Source of the DNA: Bacteroidota bacterium
GTDB taxonomy: Bacteria > Bacteroidota > Bacteroidia > AKYH767-A > OLB10
DNA length: 64,000 nucleotides
Direction: 5' to 3'
Assembly (NCBI GenBank): GCA_016713925.1
Contig: JADJOH010000002.1
Coordinates: forward strand, 371,701 to 435,700
Part shown: positions 29,721 to 40,161 of the stretch, in pieces
Position numbering within the stretch: position 1 is the stretch's first letter
How the letters are laid out: each line of letters begins with the position of its first letter
Notes under the pieces: generated by a model
Database searches by the model: none
What the model saw: only the letters and a program-made list of their open reading frames with translations
Told to the model about the DNA's origin: nothing
Program-made: the position numbers and the translations under genes

Positions 29721-31490
29721 ATCGGCGTATATTTTATCTACCAATGCTTTATTCGCTTCCAGAATTACTTTTCGCTTTAAGCTGAGCTTCGGCGTCATCT
29801 CTCCTCTGTCAATACTCCATTCCCTGGGGAGGAGTTCTATTTTTTTAATGGTTTCATAGGAACCTAAACCTTCATTCACCGCATTCACTTCCTTCATGAT
29901 TCTGTTTTTGACACGTTCGATTTTTATGAGTTCCTCGTTGGTAGCCGGTATTGGTATTTGTTTCCTTTCGCACCATTCTTTCACAAAAGCGAAACCCGGA
30001 ACAATCAACGCTGCAGCGAACCGCTGATGCTCGCCTATCACCATCACTTGTTCAATGAAGCGCGACTCCTTCAGTTTGTTTTCGATGATTTGAGGAACGA
30101 TGTACTTTCCTCCTGAAGTTTTGAAAATCTCCTTCTTACGGTCGGTGATTTTGAGATAGACTCCATCTACCATCTCGCCGATATCACCGGTATGCAGCCA
30201 GCCCTCTTCGTCGATCATCTCTGCGGTGAGGTCAGGGCGTTTGTAATAACCCAACATCACGTTCGGACCTTTGCAAAGAATTTCTCCATCTTCGGCAATG
30301 CGCACCGTTACCTTTTCTATTGTTTTTCCAACCGTACCGAATTTCAATCCTCCCGGCTTTAGTGTATTTACTGCAATAACAGGACTGGTTTCTGTGAGAC
30401 CATATCCCTCCAAAATAGGAATATCCGCTGCCCAGAAAATTCTCGCAAGGCGGGGCTGAAGGGCTGCACCACCGGAAATGGCGGCCTTGACTTTCCCTCC
30501 CAATGCTTCCTGCCACTTGCTGAAAATCAGCTTTCGCGCGATCTTCAATTGCCATTCATAAAAAGCACCATTGGCGGAATTGATTTCATACTTTAATCCC
30601 AGATCTACCGCCCAGAAAAACAACTTTTTCTTGATTCCGGTGAGGTCGGCACCTTTTGCAATGATCCGGTCATAGACTTTCTCAAAGAGACGCGGAACAC
30701 ATCCAAAAATTTCCGGCTGTACTTCTTTCAGATTATCGGCTACTTTTTCAATACTCTCTGCATAATAAATTCCGACACCCAGATACATATAGAGATAGCT
30801 CAATACTCTTTCATACACGTGATTCAGGGGGAGGAAACTCAGTGCCCTGCTATTGCTGTCAACAGGGGCCAGCGTTTGTGCTGCCAGCAACTGACTGATA
30901 ATGTTATCATGCGACAACATGACTCCTTTCGGAAAGCCGGTGGTTCCACTCGTATATAATAAAGTGGCGAGGTCATTGGCGCCAATGGTATCGCAAATAC
31001 TCTTGACTTTTTCAGGAGCAGGATGGGCTTTACCCAATGCAACAATTTCTGTCCAATGCGGTTTTCCGGGAATGGTGTCGAAACAATACATCGCCTTAAT
31101 TCCAGGCATCGACTGAACTACCGGTGCTATCTTTTCCCAAAGTTCTGCACTTGATACAAAGACATATTTCACTTCGGCATCATTGAGAATAAACCGAAGA
31201 TCATCCGTGGAAACCGTTGGATAAACCGGCACATGAATACCACCGGCCATCATGAGACCCAAATCAATGAAATTCCATTCGGGTCGGTTATTACTCAGGG
31301 TAGCCACTTTATCTCCCTTTTGCAAGCCCATCTCTAGAAAACCATAGCTCACCAACTCCGTTTGAAGCAGCAACTCAGCAGCGGAGACCGGCAGCCATTG
31401 GCCGTTTACCTTAGCAGCGAGTGCATCCTTTTTATCAGGATATAATTCACGATAGCGGTTTAATAAATCGAAGAGACGGGTCACTGACAT
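29718..31490 (-). CDS. Long-chain fatty acid--CoA ligase (AMP-dependent synthetase/ligase)
   Basis: 590 aa. AMP-binding motif LLYTSGTTGFPKGVMLSHDNI. Confidence 0.8.
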   Translation of the reverse strand: MSVTRLFDLLNRYRELYPDKKDALAAKVNGQWLPVSAAELLLQTELVSYGFLEMGLQKGDKVATLSNNRPEWNFIDLGLMMAGGIHVPVYPTVSTDDLRFILNDAEVKYVFVSSAELWEKIAPVVQSMPGIKAMYCFDTIPGKPHWTEIVALGKAHPAPEKVKSICDTIGANDLATLLYTSGTTGFPKGVMLSHDNIISQLLAAQTLAPVDSNSRALSFLPLNHVYERVLSYLYMYLGVGIYYAESIEKVADNLKEVQPEIFGCVPRLFEKVYDRIIAKGADLTGIKKKLFFWAVDLGLKYEINSANGAFYEWQLKIARKLIFSKWQEALGGKVKAAISGGAALQPRLARIFWAADIPILEGYGLTETSPVIAVNTLKPGGLKFGTVGKTIEKVTVRIAEDGEILCKGPNVMLGYYKRPDLTAEMIDEEGWLHTGDIGEMVDGVYLKITDRKKEIFKTSGGKYIVPQIIENKLKESRFIEQVMVIGEHQRFAAALIVPGFAFVKEWCERKQIPIPATNEELIKIERVKNRIMKEVNAVNEGLGSYETIKKIELLPREWSIDRGEMTPKLSLKRKVILEANKALVDKIYAD

Positions 31491-31570
31491 AATCCGAAAT
31501 GTTTTAGCTTTAGGTCAAATATACATCTGGTTCGTGAAATAGCGAAACAGCGTAGAAATAATTATAAATT

Positions 31571-32602
31571 ATGTCATTTAATACTTCATTTACCGACATG
31601 TTTCAATTGCGCATTCCGGTCATCATGGCGCCTATGTTCCTGGTTTCGAACGAGGCCATGATGAAGAGCGCGATGCAATGTGGAATTATGGGCACCTTCC
31701 CTACGCTCAACTATAGAAAAGAGAATGAACTGAGTGCATTGCTTAAAACCTTAAATCTTTTTAAAAAGGAACACAATGCTCCGGGAAATTATGGTGTGAA
31801 CCTTATTGTTCAGCAAACAAATCCGTTATACAAAGATCACCTTGAAATTTGTGTAAAGGAAAAGGTGCCCTTCTACATTACCAGTCTGGGAAATCCAAAA
31901 GAGGTAATTCAAAGAGCACATGAATATGGAGGGAAAGTGTTTTGCGATGTCACCAATGCGGAACATGCCGAAAAATGTGCGTCGTTGCAGTGTGATGGAT
32001 TTATTGCGGTGAGTCAGGGAGCGGGCGGGCATGCCGGACCTTATCCACAGTCGGTGCTGCTACCTTTTCTCCGTGAAAATTATCCGCATATTCCGGTCGT
32101 TGCGGCGGGAGGTATTGCCACAGGAGCAGGAATTCTATCTGTCTTGGCTCTTGGAGCTGCGGGTGCCAGCATCGGAACCCGATTTATTGCCTCCAATGAA
32201 GCGGCGGTCAGTGAAGCGTATAAAAATGCGATTGTGGATTCGGGAATGGATGATATCATGATGACGGAACGCATCTCCGGAACACCCTGCGCCATTATCA
32301 GCACACCCTACGCAAAAAAAATTGGCCCGAAACAAAACTGGTTCGAACGGTGGATGAGCAATAATCCAACAACAAAAAAATACTTCAAGATGCTGGTACA
32401 ATACAAAGGCATGGGCAAATTTGAAAAAGCGGTTAAGCCCGGAAATTACGACAACCTTTGGGCAGCAGGACAGAGCGTAGAATTGATTCACGACATCATT
32501 CCCTGTGAAAACATCATTCAACGCCTGGAAGCAGAGTTGGAAGAAGCGATGTTTCATTTAATGCAACAACATATCGCTCCGGTTCAAGCGGACAATAAAT
32601 GA
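31571..32602 (+). CDS. Nitronate monooxygenase / NAD(P)H-dependent flavin oxidoreductase (FabK-like, NPD family)
   Basis: RIPVIMAPMFLVSN...VAAGGIATGAGILSVLALGAAGASIGTRF. Confidence 0.75.
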   Translation: MSFNTSFTDMFQLRIPVIMAPMFLVSNEAMMKSAMQCGIMGTFPTLNYRKENELSALLKTLNLFKKEHNAPGNYGVNLIVQQTNPLYKDHLEICVKEKVPFYITSLGNPKEVIQRAHEYGGKVFCDVTNAEHAEKCASLQCDGFIAVSQGAGGHAGPYPQSVLLPFLRENYPHIPVVAAGGIATGAGILSVLALGAAGASIGTRFIASNEAAVSEAYKNAIVDSGMDDIMMTERISGTPCAIISTPYAKKIGPKQNWFERWMSNNPTTKKYFKMLVQYKGMGKFEKAVKPGNYDNLWAAGQSVELIHDIIPCENIIQRLEAELEEAMFHLMQQHIAPVQADNK

Positions 32603-32798
32603 ATGAAACCCCAAGTAAACAGTCATGATATGTCAGCAAGGAATTGACCCACTCCGGAACAACCCTATTTAAAAAATCATTCCATGTCATATCACTTCAA
32701 GTACTCCTGATTCATACTCACGAAATATAGATGTGGAACATTTCAACCTAAATGGCGTAAAAAGTCCAAGTCTTACTGAATAAATAATAAATCCACCG

Positions 32799-33302
32799 AT
32801 GAATCTAAACAGCTTACTGGAAAAGGCGAAAACGTCGGGGTTTTACAAATGGTTATTTAACATCGTACTTTGGAGGACCATTCCCTTTAATCAGCCGCAT
32901 CGATTAAAAGTGGAGCAGGTAAAGGAAGACACATTACTCATCTCCATTCCTTTCATTCGCAAAAACAAAAACCATATTAATGGAGTTCATGCTTGTGCTT
33001 TGGCTACGCTTTGTGAATACATCAGCGGACTGAGTCTGGCGCGCGCGCTTCCACCGGAGCAATACCGGCTAATTCTGAAATCCATACAGATGGAATACCT
33101 GTACCAGGGCAAGATGAAAGTAAATGCTGAATTTGGAATTGATCAATCGGAGTTAGCTGCCATTAAAGCTGCATTGGTCACTGAAGATTCCATAGTAAAA
33201 ACTTATGCTGTTCAGGTATTCGACACCAACCAACATCCTATTTGCACCGGCTCCATTACCTGGCAGATAAAGCCTTGGGGGAAGGTAAAGGTTCAGGCTT
33301 AA
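32799..33302 (+). CDS. DUF4442-like hotdog-fold protein
   Basis: 167 aa with a thioesterase-like (hotdog) pattern. Confidence 0.4.
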   Translation: MNLNSLLEKAKTSGFYKWLFNIVLWRTIPFNQPHRLKVEQVKEDTLLISIPFIRKNKNHINGVHACALATLCEYISGLSLARALPPEQYRLILKSIQMEYLYQGKMKVNAEFGIDQSELAAIKAALVTEDSIVKTYAVQVFDTNQHPICTGSITWQIKPWGKVKVQA

Positions 33303-33322
33303 TGAAGGTTCCTATGGGTATT

Positions 33323-33820
33323 TTATTTTTTTGTTTTACTTTTTGATGCTTTTGCACCCGATGAATTCATTGACAGGAGTCTTTCATCAAAAAAATAATC
33401 TCCAATCAAAGCTAATTTCACAACCCCAAAATCAGGATGTTCCGTGTTAATTAAAAAATTAAATTCCTTGGTAATAATTGAAGAAGGGACTTTCAAAACC
33501 AATGATTTCCTTTTATTATACCAATCTGTTCCAATAGCTTTTAATTCAGGATAGGCGGAAACTTCTCTCCAATATGATGGCAAATGGCCGATCTTCACTT
33601 CTGTTATAAAATCCGGATTATCCGGAATAAAAATCACCATCACTTTATAAACAACTTTAGGGTGAATACTTTGAAACCTTATAACCTTCTCCAGTGTGCC
33701 TAAAGCTCTTGACGAGGCAGTGTAAATAACAAATTCATTATCATCATTCCACCGCCCTGCTATTCCGGATGCAATTAAATCCGACGCATACTTTTCCTCT
33801 GCAATTCTAAAAAGCTCCAT
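33323..33820 (-). CDS. RES domain toxin (NAD+-targeting toxin family of type II TA systems)
   Basis: GRWNDDNEFVIYTASSRALGTLEKVIRF matches the RES-domain core (Arg...Tyr/Thr-Ala-x-Ser...Glu). 165 aa. Sits 2 nt downstream of the antitoxin gene. Confidence 0.65.
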   Translation of the reverse strand: MELFRIAEEKYASDLIASGIAGRWNDDNEFVIYTASSRALGTLEKVIRFQSIHPKVVYKVMVIFIPDNPDFITEVKIGHLPSYWREVSAYPELKAIGTDWYNKRKSLVLKVPSSIITKEFNFLINTEHPDFGVVKLALIGDYFFDERLLSMNSSGAKASKSKTKK

Positions 33821-33822
33821 CG

Positions 33823-34257
33823 TTAAGCATTATCACCGTATTGCATACCCGTTAATTGGTTATCGATGAATTTAATTCCCGCTACGGTATCTATAAAATA
33901 TATAGGAGGCTTATTGTCAAAATAATAATTGTTCTCGTTCAGCCATTCAATAAATAAATCCTTTTCACCAAAAACTTCTTCTCCATGCTTGTAAAGTGAA
34001 AGAATTTTTATCCAATGTTCCTTTGCCAATTTTGTTTTAAGCATTGCACCCACTAAGGTATAATTTCTTAACGTTCGGATACTAATTTTTAATAAATCTG
34101 AAATATATTGGTCATTAAATTTTGTAATTCTTTTTATAAAGGCAATTGACTGTTTGTCCAATAACTCAGAGGAAATAAGTTTTAATATTTTATCTTCATT
34201 TAAGGGACTATTCGGTATTTCCTTAAGGAGAATTTTTTCTGCTGTTGCTGTTGTCAT
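33823..34257 (-). CDS. Xre-like / DUF2384 antitoxin (MbcA/ParS-type) paired with the RES toxin
   Basis: C-terminal DLFIEWLNENNYYFDNKPPIYFIDTVAGIKFIDNQLTGMQYG resembles the DUF2384 toxin-binding domain. Probable start MTTATAEK at 34257 (the track ORF extends to 34368). Confidence 0.55.
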   Translation of the reverse strand: MTTATAEKILLKEIPNSPLNEDKILKLISSELLDKQSIAFIKRITKFNDQYISDLLKISIRTLRNYTLVGAMLKTKLAKEHWIKILSLYKHGEEVFGEKDLFIEWLNENNYYFDNKPPIYFIDTVAGIKFIDNQLTGMQYGDNA

Positions 34258-34573
34258 ATTCTTAATTCTTAGTAAATATAAGGACAAAAGGCAATTTTGC
34301 AAAAATAAAAGGTAGATTTTACATTTATGTAATACATTACATTGTTTATCAATACTATAAAAAACCATAATTCTAACACTTCAACTTCTTAATTAATAGG
34401 TTTATCTACATAGTTAGCGCATAATATCAGGTTAGGAAGTTAAATCAATTTAATCTGAATTTTACTAAAATTACCAGGAATTATACCTGCACCCGACTTC
34501 CTTCATCAAAACTTTAAAGAACAATAGTTGTGATCGCCCATAGCTTTCTTAACTTTGTAGAAACCGTTAATCT

Positions 34574-35017
34574 ATGAAAAAAATATTTAGTGCCCTCCTT
34601 CTGGTGATCTTATTCAACACCACCCCTACTTTCGGACAAGATCAAAAAATAGCAGCCACTACTGAAGACGAATATGTAATGGGTTCGGTAGGTTATAAAA
34701 TGCTGATGCAAATGAAAGTGGAATTAAAGGGAGGTTATAAAGTAAAAGATCTCAAAGATTACGAGTATGGAGAACGCAAAGCCTCTTTCAAAGGACTTTA
34801 TCGACCATCAGAACAACAACCCTGTGCCATCATAATGGTATATACCAAATTGCGCGGCGCTCCTGAATATTATTGTATCCCTACGTTGGATGCACCGGAG
34901 TCGTTATGGGATCGCTTTCGTGTTAGTCTGGCGGGTGAGACGGACAACAAACAAGAGCAACTGCAATTTTTCAGTTTTGCTTTTGCGAAGGCGATGATGT
35001 TTCATATGGCTAAATGA
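34574..35017 (+). CDS. Hypothetical secreted protein
   Basis: Signal peptide ...TPTFGQ. Stop overlaps the next gene's start (ATGA). Confidence 0.5.
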   Translation: MKKIFSALLLVILFNTTPTFGQDQKIAATTEDEYVMGSVGYKMLMQMKVELKGGYKVKDLKDYEYGERKASFKGLYRPSEQQPCAIIMVYTKLRGAPEYYCIPTLDAPESLWDRFRVSLAGETDNKQEQLQFFSFAFAKAMMFHMAK

Positions 35018-35634
35018 CAAAAACAATCACGTTATTGTTTCTCCTGTTAACGTTTCCGGCTTATACTCAATCGAGGATTTCTGCTTTCTTTAAGTTAAGC
35101 GGACCTGAAAAATGCTGGACGCTGACACATCTGTTTAAAGCCGGAAGAGCACATCGTATTACCGCTTATGTGAGAAATGAAACGACCATTCTCTATCGCA
35201 AACAGGAACTCGACACCTTTCCTCATGGAGGAAAATTAGATGCCTTCCGTCATGCTTTCTGGATGGCTTGTCTGGGGACTACCATCGGAGAAAAAGCATC
35301 CCGTAAACTCGGCAAGGCGCATGAAAAAGGGAATTACAAAGCCTTTAAAAGAGGGAAAACAGAAGATGGATATCTGCAAGATGCCACCGCTGTAGAGATG
35401 GATCTTTTTAATAATGAAGAAGGATTGCGCATTGCAAGAGAAAACAAAGAAGTGGCGTTTTCCGAACTGCAACAGAAAACAATCGCAGCCATCCATGAAG
35501 GAAAAATGAAAATTATGAAAAGAGATGCTCAGGGAAGGTTGACAGACTGTAACGGAAAAGTAACACCTTTGGTAGAACGAAAAAAAACAGATTGGAAAAT
35601 GCCTTACTGCCTCCTGCCAAGTCATATACACTAG
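35014..35634 (+). CDS. Hypothetical secreted protein with HGGKLDAFRHAFWMACLG motif
   Basis: Signal peptide ...AYTQ. 206 aa. Translationally coupled to the upstream ORF. Confidence 0.5.
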   Translation: MTKTITLLFLLLTFPAYTQSRISAFFKLSGPEKCWTLTHLFKAGRAHRITAYVRNETTILYRKQELDTFPHGGKLDAFRHAFWMACLGTTIGEKASRKLGKAHEKGNYKAFKRGKTEDGYLQDATAVEMDLFNNEEGLRIARENKEVAFSELQQKTIAAIHEGKMKIMKRDAQGRLTDCNGKVTPLVERKKTDWKMPYCLLPSHIH

Positions 35635-35702
35635 TGCTGACTATTCAATTCGCTCGTTAACTATAAAAATAAAATATTTAATTTAGTACAGTTATTTATG
35701 CC

Positions 35703-36896
35703 ATGAAAAAGACCTCTCTTATACTTCTATTCACCCTCTATTTCACAAGTTCTGTTACCGCACAGGAAAAGGAAGGGATCAATTTCCGCGCCATCACATT
35801 TGATCAGGCGATTCAACAAGCGAAAGCTGAGAAGAAACCCATCTTCCTGCATGCCTTTGCCTCCTGGTGTCACTTTTGTGAATTCATGGTAGATAGTGTT
35901 TATAAAGATCAGGAGGTGGCGGCGTACTATAACAAAAACTATGTCTGCATTAAAATGGATATGGAAAAAGAGGGAAGGGAGTTCAATAAAAAAATTAAAA
36001 TTAAAAACTATCCCACACATGTTTTCTTCGACTATAACAATACAGTGATGATGCATCGCTCGGCGGGGAAGAAAAACATTGCTGAGTTTCTTCAGTTAGG
36101 AAAAGATGCACTGGACACCACCAAACAACTGCGTACGTTTGAAAGAAAATACTTCGACAAAAAAGCCAATATCGAAGAGATCACGACCTATATGAAGATG
36201 CTCGAAAAAGCGGGATTGGATAATCAGGTAACGATCAACGCTTATCTCAGCGGGTTGAGTGATAAGGAGATGTTGAAACATGAGAACTGGAGAATCATGT
36301 ACGATCTCTTCAAAGAAGTGGAAACGACCTCTTTTCAAAAAGTCATGTATTTACGGGAAGAGTACGCTAAAATTTACACTGCTTACAGTATTGATAATAA
36401 AATCATCTCACTTTACAATTCTGCTTTAATGAATCGTGTTCAGAAATTAGATACTTCCGGCTACAACACGATGGTAGAGAAACTCCGCAAATCGGAATTA
36501 GATCTCTCTGAAAAAATCATTGCTTATGCTTCATTGAACCGACATAAGATGAGATCCGATTGGAAAAACTATCAACTCGAAGCCGTGCCCTTCATTGAAA
36601 AATATTGCATGGAAGATTACCGACGGTTAAATGAAGTCGCGTATAATTTTTATGAACGGATAACGGATAAAGAATTATTGGCGAAAGCAGAAACCTGGGC
36701 AGTAAAAGCAGTTTCCCTGCAAGATAATATCCGTAACAACCATACGCTTTCAGGCATCTATTTCAAACTCGGAAAAAAAGAGCCTGCCCTGACCGCCTGC
36801 AAACATACCATTGACCTCGCAAAAAAAGCCAATGTGGATTATAAACAGTCCAGTTTACTGTTGGAGAAGATTGAGGAGATGAAGAGTGTGGAATGA
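35703..36896 (+). CDS. Secreted thioredoxin-fold protein with C-terminal alpha-helical domain
   Basis: Signal peptide. FASWCHFCEFM CxxC motif inside a thioredoxin-like N-terminal domain. Confidence 0.55.
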   Translation: MKKTSLILLFTLYFTSSVTAQEKEGINFRAITFDQAIQQAKAEKKPIFLHAFASWCHFCEFMVDSVYKDQEVAAYYNKNYVCIKMDMEKEGREFNKKIKIKNYPTHVFFDYNNTVMMHRSAGKKNIAEFLQLGKDALDTTKQLRTFERKYFDKKANIEEITTYMKMLEKAGLDNQVTINAYLSGLSDKEMLKHENWRIMYDLFKEVETTSFQKVMYLREEYAKIYTAYSIDNKIISLYNSALMNRVQKLDTSGYNTMVEKLRKSELDLSEKIIAYASLNRHKMRSDWKNYQLEAVPFIEKYCMEDYRRLNEVAYNFYERITDKELLAKAETWAVKAVSLQDNIRNNHTLSGIYFKLGKKEPALTACKHTIDLAKKANVDYKQSSLLLEKIEEMKSVE

Positions 36897-36985
36897 AATT
36901 TTTCCAAGAATAGCACATATGATTAATTTCAAGGTTCTTTATACACGAGACTCCTAATGTAATTATTTTAACAAAACAATTAAAA

Positions 36986-37693
36986 GTGTTACGAAAAACC
37001 TTCTTCATCTTATTATTTGCTTTGAATATTAAATGCAGTGGGCAAAATACATTAAATAATGATATTTCAATTTCCGGTATTATACCTTCCAATGATCAAA
37101 TACAATTTCCGGTCAATAATGCAAATGGAAGATTAATATATTACTTATTTTCAATAAACTATTGTAACTTTTGGAAAATTTATGATAGAATTGAACTTGG
37201 CCCCCTATTATCCATAACAACCGGAATAACCAAAGTTGAATTTAATAGTGATGTTCGTAATGGTGATCGTTTATCAAGTCTAAATTATAAAGCATTGGGA
37301 ATTGGTTTGAGATCACGATGTTTACTAAATAAAAAAGATGCTAATAAGAAATTCTTTTTGAATCTGGATTTTCAAAGACAAATAGTCAGAGCCTATTCCA
37401 TTACATTTTCTTCTCGAACAAATTTTCCAAACACAGACTACTTTGAAAATACGGTTTCAACATATATAAAGCCAAATTCTATAAAGAATCACTTTGCGAC
37501 TTCCTGCACTTATCAAACTGATAAAAAGAAATGGGGATATGAATTCTCCATTGGAATAATCTATGTTACCCCGGAAATATATTCATATGATTTAGGCAGC
37601 AATTATTCCATAAATGGATTAAGTAGTACCGGTAAAAAGAAAATCGAGAAAAACGGGATTCTTATAACAAGCGGATTTGGAATTCTTTTTTAG
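36986..37693 (+). CDS. Hypothetical outer-membrane beta-barrel-like protein
   Basis: Signal peptide. C-terminal ...GFGILF aromatic terminus. Very AT-rich coding sequence (about 30% GC). Confidence 0.45.
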   Translation: MLRKTFFILLFALNIKCSGQNTLNNDISISGIIPSNDQIQFPVNNANGRLIYYLFSINYCNFWKIYDRIELGPLLSITTGITKVEFNSDVRNGDRLSSLNYKALGIGLRSRCLLNKKDANKKFFLNLDFQRQIVRAYSITFSSRTNFPNTDYFENTVSTYIKPNSIKNHFATSCTYQTDKKKWGYEFSIGIIYVTPEIYSYDLGSNYSINGLSSTGKKKIEKNGILITSGFGILF

Positions 37694-37824
37694 ACCAATG
37701 TACGTTGTCCTATCATAAAATTGGAGTTCCACAAATATTTACAAAAGAGAAGTTTATACGAGTAAATTCAAACCTTTCTACCCATCTCCTTCAAAGCTTA
37801 TGTACTTAAAACATCTAAACTTAT

Positions 37825-38229
37825 TTATTGCTTTACTACCTCTGCAAACGCAATCACATGTCCATCCGGATCTGAAAAATAGACAACACGATGGCCCCAG
37901 TCGCGGAGGGCAGCGGGACTTACTAATTTTGCTTTGGCGGTGAGAGCGAGCGCACATGCAGCATTAATATCATCTACGAGCCAGTAGATTTCACATCGGG
38001 GTATTCCTGTTGCGGTTTCAGGATGTGGTAAATTTGGATGGATGATTTTGGCTATTCCATCATTGGGCATTAATCCTAATTTACATGTATCAGATAAAAT
38101 GAACTCCGTCATGCCAGGCACATGGAGGGATGGTTGACGGGAGAGGATGATGGAATAAAACTCAGTACTCAGATCCTGATCCCTGACGTAAAGTATTATT
38201 TCCGTTTGTATCAATGATTGTACTTGCAT
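37825..38229 (-). CDS. VOC family protein (glyoxalase/bleomycin resistance fold)
   Basis: 134 aa with a VOC-like pattern (ILYVRDQDLSTEFY...VYFSDPDGHVIAF). Confidence 0.55.
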   Translation of the reverse strand: MQVQSLIQTEIILYVRDQDLSTEFYSIILSRQPSLHVPGMTEFILSDTCKLGLMPNDGIAKIIHPNLPHPETATGIPRCEIYWLVDDINAACALALTAKAKLVSPAALRDWGHRVVYFSDPDGHVIAFAEVVKQ

Positions 38230-38361
38230 TCATGGGTGAAATTATCAGTTAACAGCATTCAGCCGGTTAAGTTAATGATTTTCTATGTTAACCACAATAA
38301 GAGCAGGTATAAAGGAAATTAGAGTGAATTTATTTCTTTCCGGAGCAATAAAGATTCTAAA

Positions 38362-38410
38362 CTTAAACGCAGCGTTCGCGGCGGGTTCGCAGCGTTCGCA
38401 GCGTTTAAAC
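38362..38410. repeat. GC-rich direct-repeat element (RGCGKTTCGC x3) closed by the 8-bp inverted repeat ttaaacgc/gcgtttaa
   Basis: The element lies between two same-strand genes. Confidence 0.5.
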
Positions 38411-38529
38411 AGAAGATTTAATTATCAGAAAATTCTTTAATTCAAAACTAAGATTATTTATAATTGACAATTAAGGTTTAATTCTATCGAACTAGCTATT
38501 TGTTCAGCTGATTTATAAAGAAGAAAAAA

Positions 38530-40161
38530 TCAAAAAACCTTTACACCACCACTATAAGTATTCAGCACTTTTATTTTGAACAACTCGTTTTCAGGAGCGG
38601 TCATCAGGTCTTTCTCCAGCACTACAAAATCAGCCCATTTCCCCGGTTCCAGACTTCCCCTCTCCTCCTCTTCAAAGGAAGCATAGGCTGCCCAGATTGT
38701 CATGGCACGAAGGGCTTCCGTGCGGGAAATGGCTTGATCCTTTTGGAATCCATTTTCAGGAAATAATTTCTGATCCTTACGGGACACGGCTGCATAAAAT
38801 CCATAGAGCGGATTGATGCCCTCCACCGGAAAATCGGAACCGGCTGCGATCAATCCTCTTTGATTTAGTAATTCCTTATAGGCATATGAAGACTTCAATC
38901 TCTCCGGCCCCACTCTGGTGCCTGCCCAGTACATATCAGAAGTAGCATGAGTAGGTTGTACGGAAGGTATGATGGAATAATCATGAAAGAGGTGGAAGTC
39001 GGAAGGATGCATCACCTGTGCATGCTCGATGCGCCAGCGAAAATCATTTTTTCCCTTTAGCACATCACTATATATTTTCAACAACAACCGATTGGCCGAA
39101 TCACCAATGCAATGGGTGTTCAGCTGAAAGCCTAAATCAGCGGCTACGCGCGCAGCTTGTTTCAGGGAATCAACGCTACTCAGCAGGAATCCATGATGTC
39201 CGGGCATATCCATATAAGGATGCAGCAGACAAGCGCCTCTGGAACCCAATGCACCATCGGCATATAATTTAAAAGAACAAACCTGCAATCGCTCCGATTT
39301 ATATCTCCCGCTACTCCTATAATGCGCTACATTACCGGGGCTATAACTCACCATTGCATTCATCCGCATCTGCATGACACCGGCTTTTTGCAAGCTATCG
39401 ATAAGCTGAATCGTTGAGACATCCAATCCGGCATCCACCACTGAAGTTAATCCTACTTCGAAACAATTCTTCTGAGCCGACAACAAGGCTTCGATTAACG
39501 CTTCTCTACCGGGCTCAGGAATTTTTAGCTTTACTAAATCAACAGCGTTATCAATGAGTAAACCGGTGAGCTTACCACCCTTCTTTATCAATTCTCCGCC
39601 CTCTACTTTTGTATCTTCTGTCACCCCACAAATTGCCAGGGCCTTTGAATTCACCAGTGCAGCATGCCCATCTATACGCATGAGAAACACCGGAACATCC
39701 GGAAACAAAGAGTCTAATTTTGCATTATCCGGAAACTCTTTTACTTCCCAGTCATTCTGGTCCCATCCTCTGCCGAAAATCCATCCCATAAATTTAATAT
39801 CCTTCTTCAGGACCAGCGTATCAAGGATGGCTTCAAATGAATTCGTGCCTATCAACCAAATCTTTTTAAGATCGACGCCATAGCCATAAAAATGACAATG
39901 CGCATCGTAAAAACCGGGATAGACTGATTTTCCTCCCAGGTCAACCTCCGTTGCAGCATTCATCTTACGCAGATCAACAGCAGACCCGACTGCAAGAATT
40001 TTTCCGTCCTTTACGGCGAACGCATCTGCAATAGCAAAGGAGCTGTCTACGGTATATACCTTTGCATTATAGTAAACAGTATCTGCTGCATACTCTGTTT
40101 TGCAGGAAAGAAGAGTAGCTACAAATAAAGAAACAAGGAGTATTAAACTATTTTTTTTCAT
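38530..40161 (-). CDS. Amidohydrolase family protein (metal-dependent TIM-barrel hydrolase, YtcJ-like), lipoprotein
   Basis: VYPGFYDAHCHFYGYG metal-binding HxH motif. 543 aa. Lipoprotein signal LLSCK. Confidence 0.7.
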   Translation of the reverse strand: MKKNSLILLVSLFVATLLSCKTEYAADTVYYNAKVYTVDSSFAIADAFAVKDGKILAVGSAVDLRKMNAATEVDLGGKSVYPGFYDAHCHFYGYGVDLKKIWLIGTNSFEAILDTLVLKKDIKFMGWIFGRGWDQNDWEVKEFPDNAKLDSLFPDVPVFLMRIDGHAALVNSKALAICGVTEDTKVEGGELIKKGGKLTGLLIDNAVDLVKLKIPEPGREALIEALLSAQKNCFEVGLTSVVDAGLDVSTIQLIDSLQKAGVMQMRMNAMVSYSPGNVAHYRSSGRYKSERLQVCSFKLYADGALGSRGACLLHPYMDMPGHHGFLLSSVDSLKQAARVAADLGFQLNTHCIGDSANRLLLKIYSDVLKGKNDFRWRIEHAQVMHPSDFHLFHDYSIIPSVQPTHATSDMYWAGTRVGPERLKSSYAYKELLNQRGLIAAGSDFPVEGINPLYGFYAAVSRKDQKLFPENGFQKDQAISRTEALRAMTIWAAYASFEEEERGSLEPGKWADFVVLEKDLMTAPENELFKIKVLNTYSGGVKVF

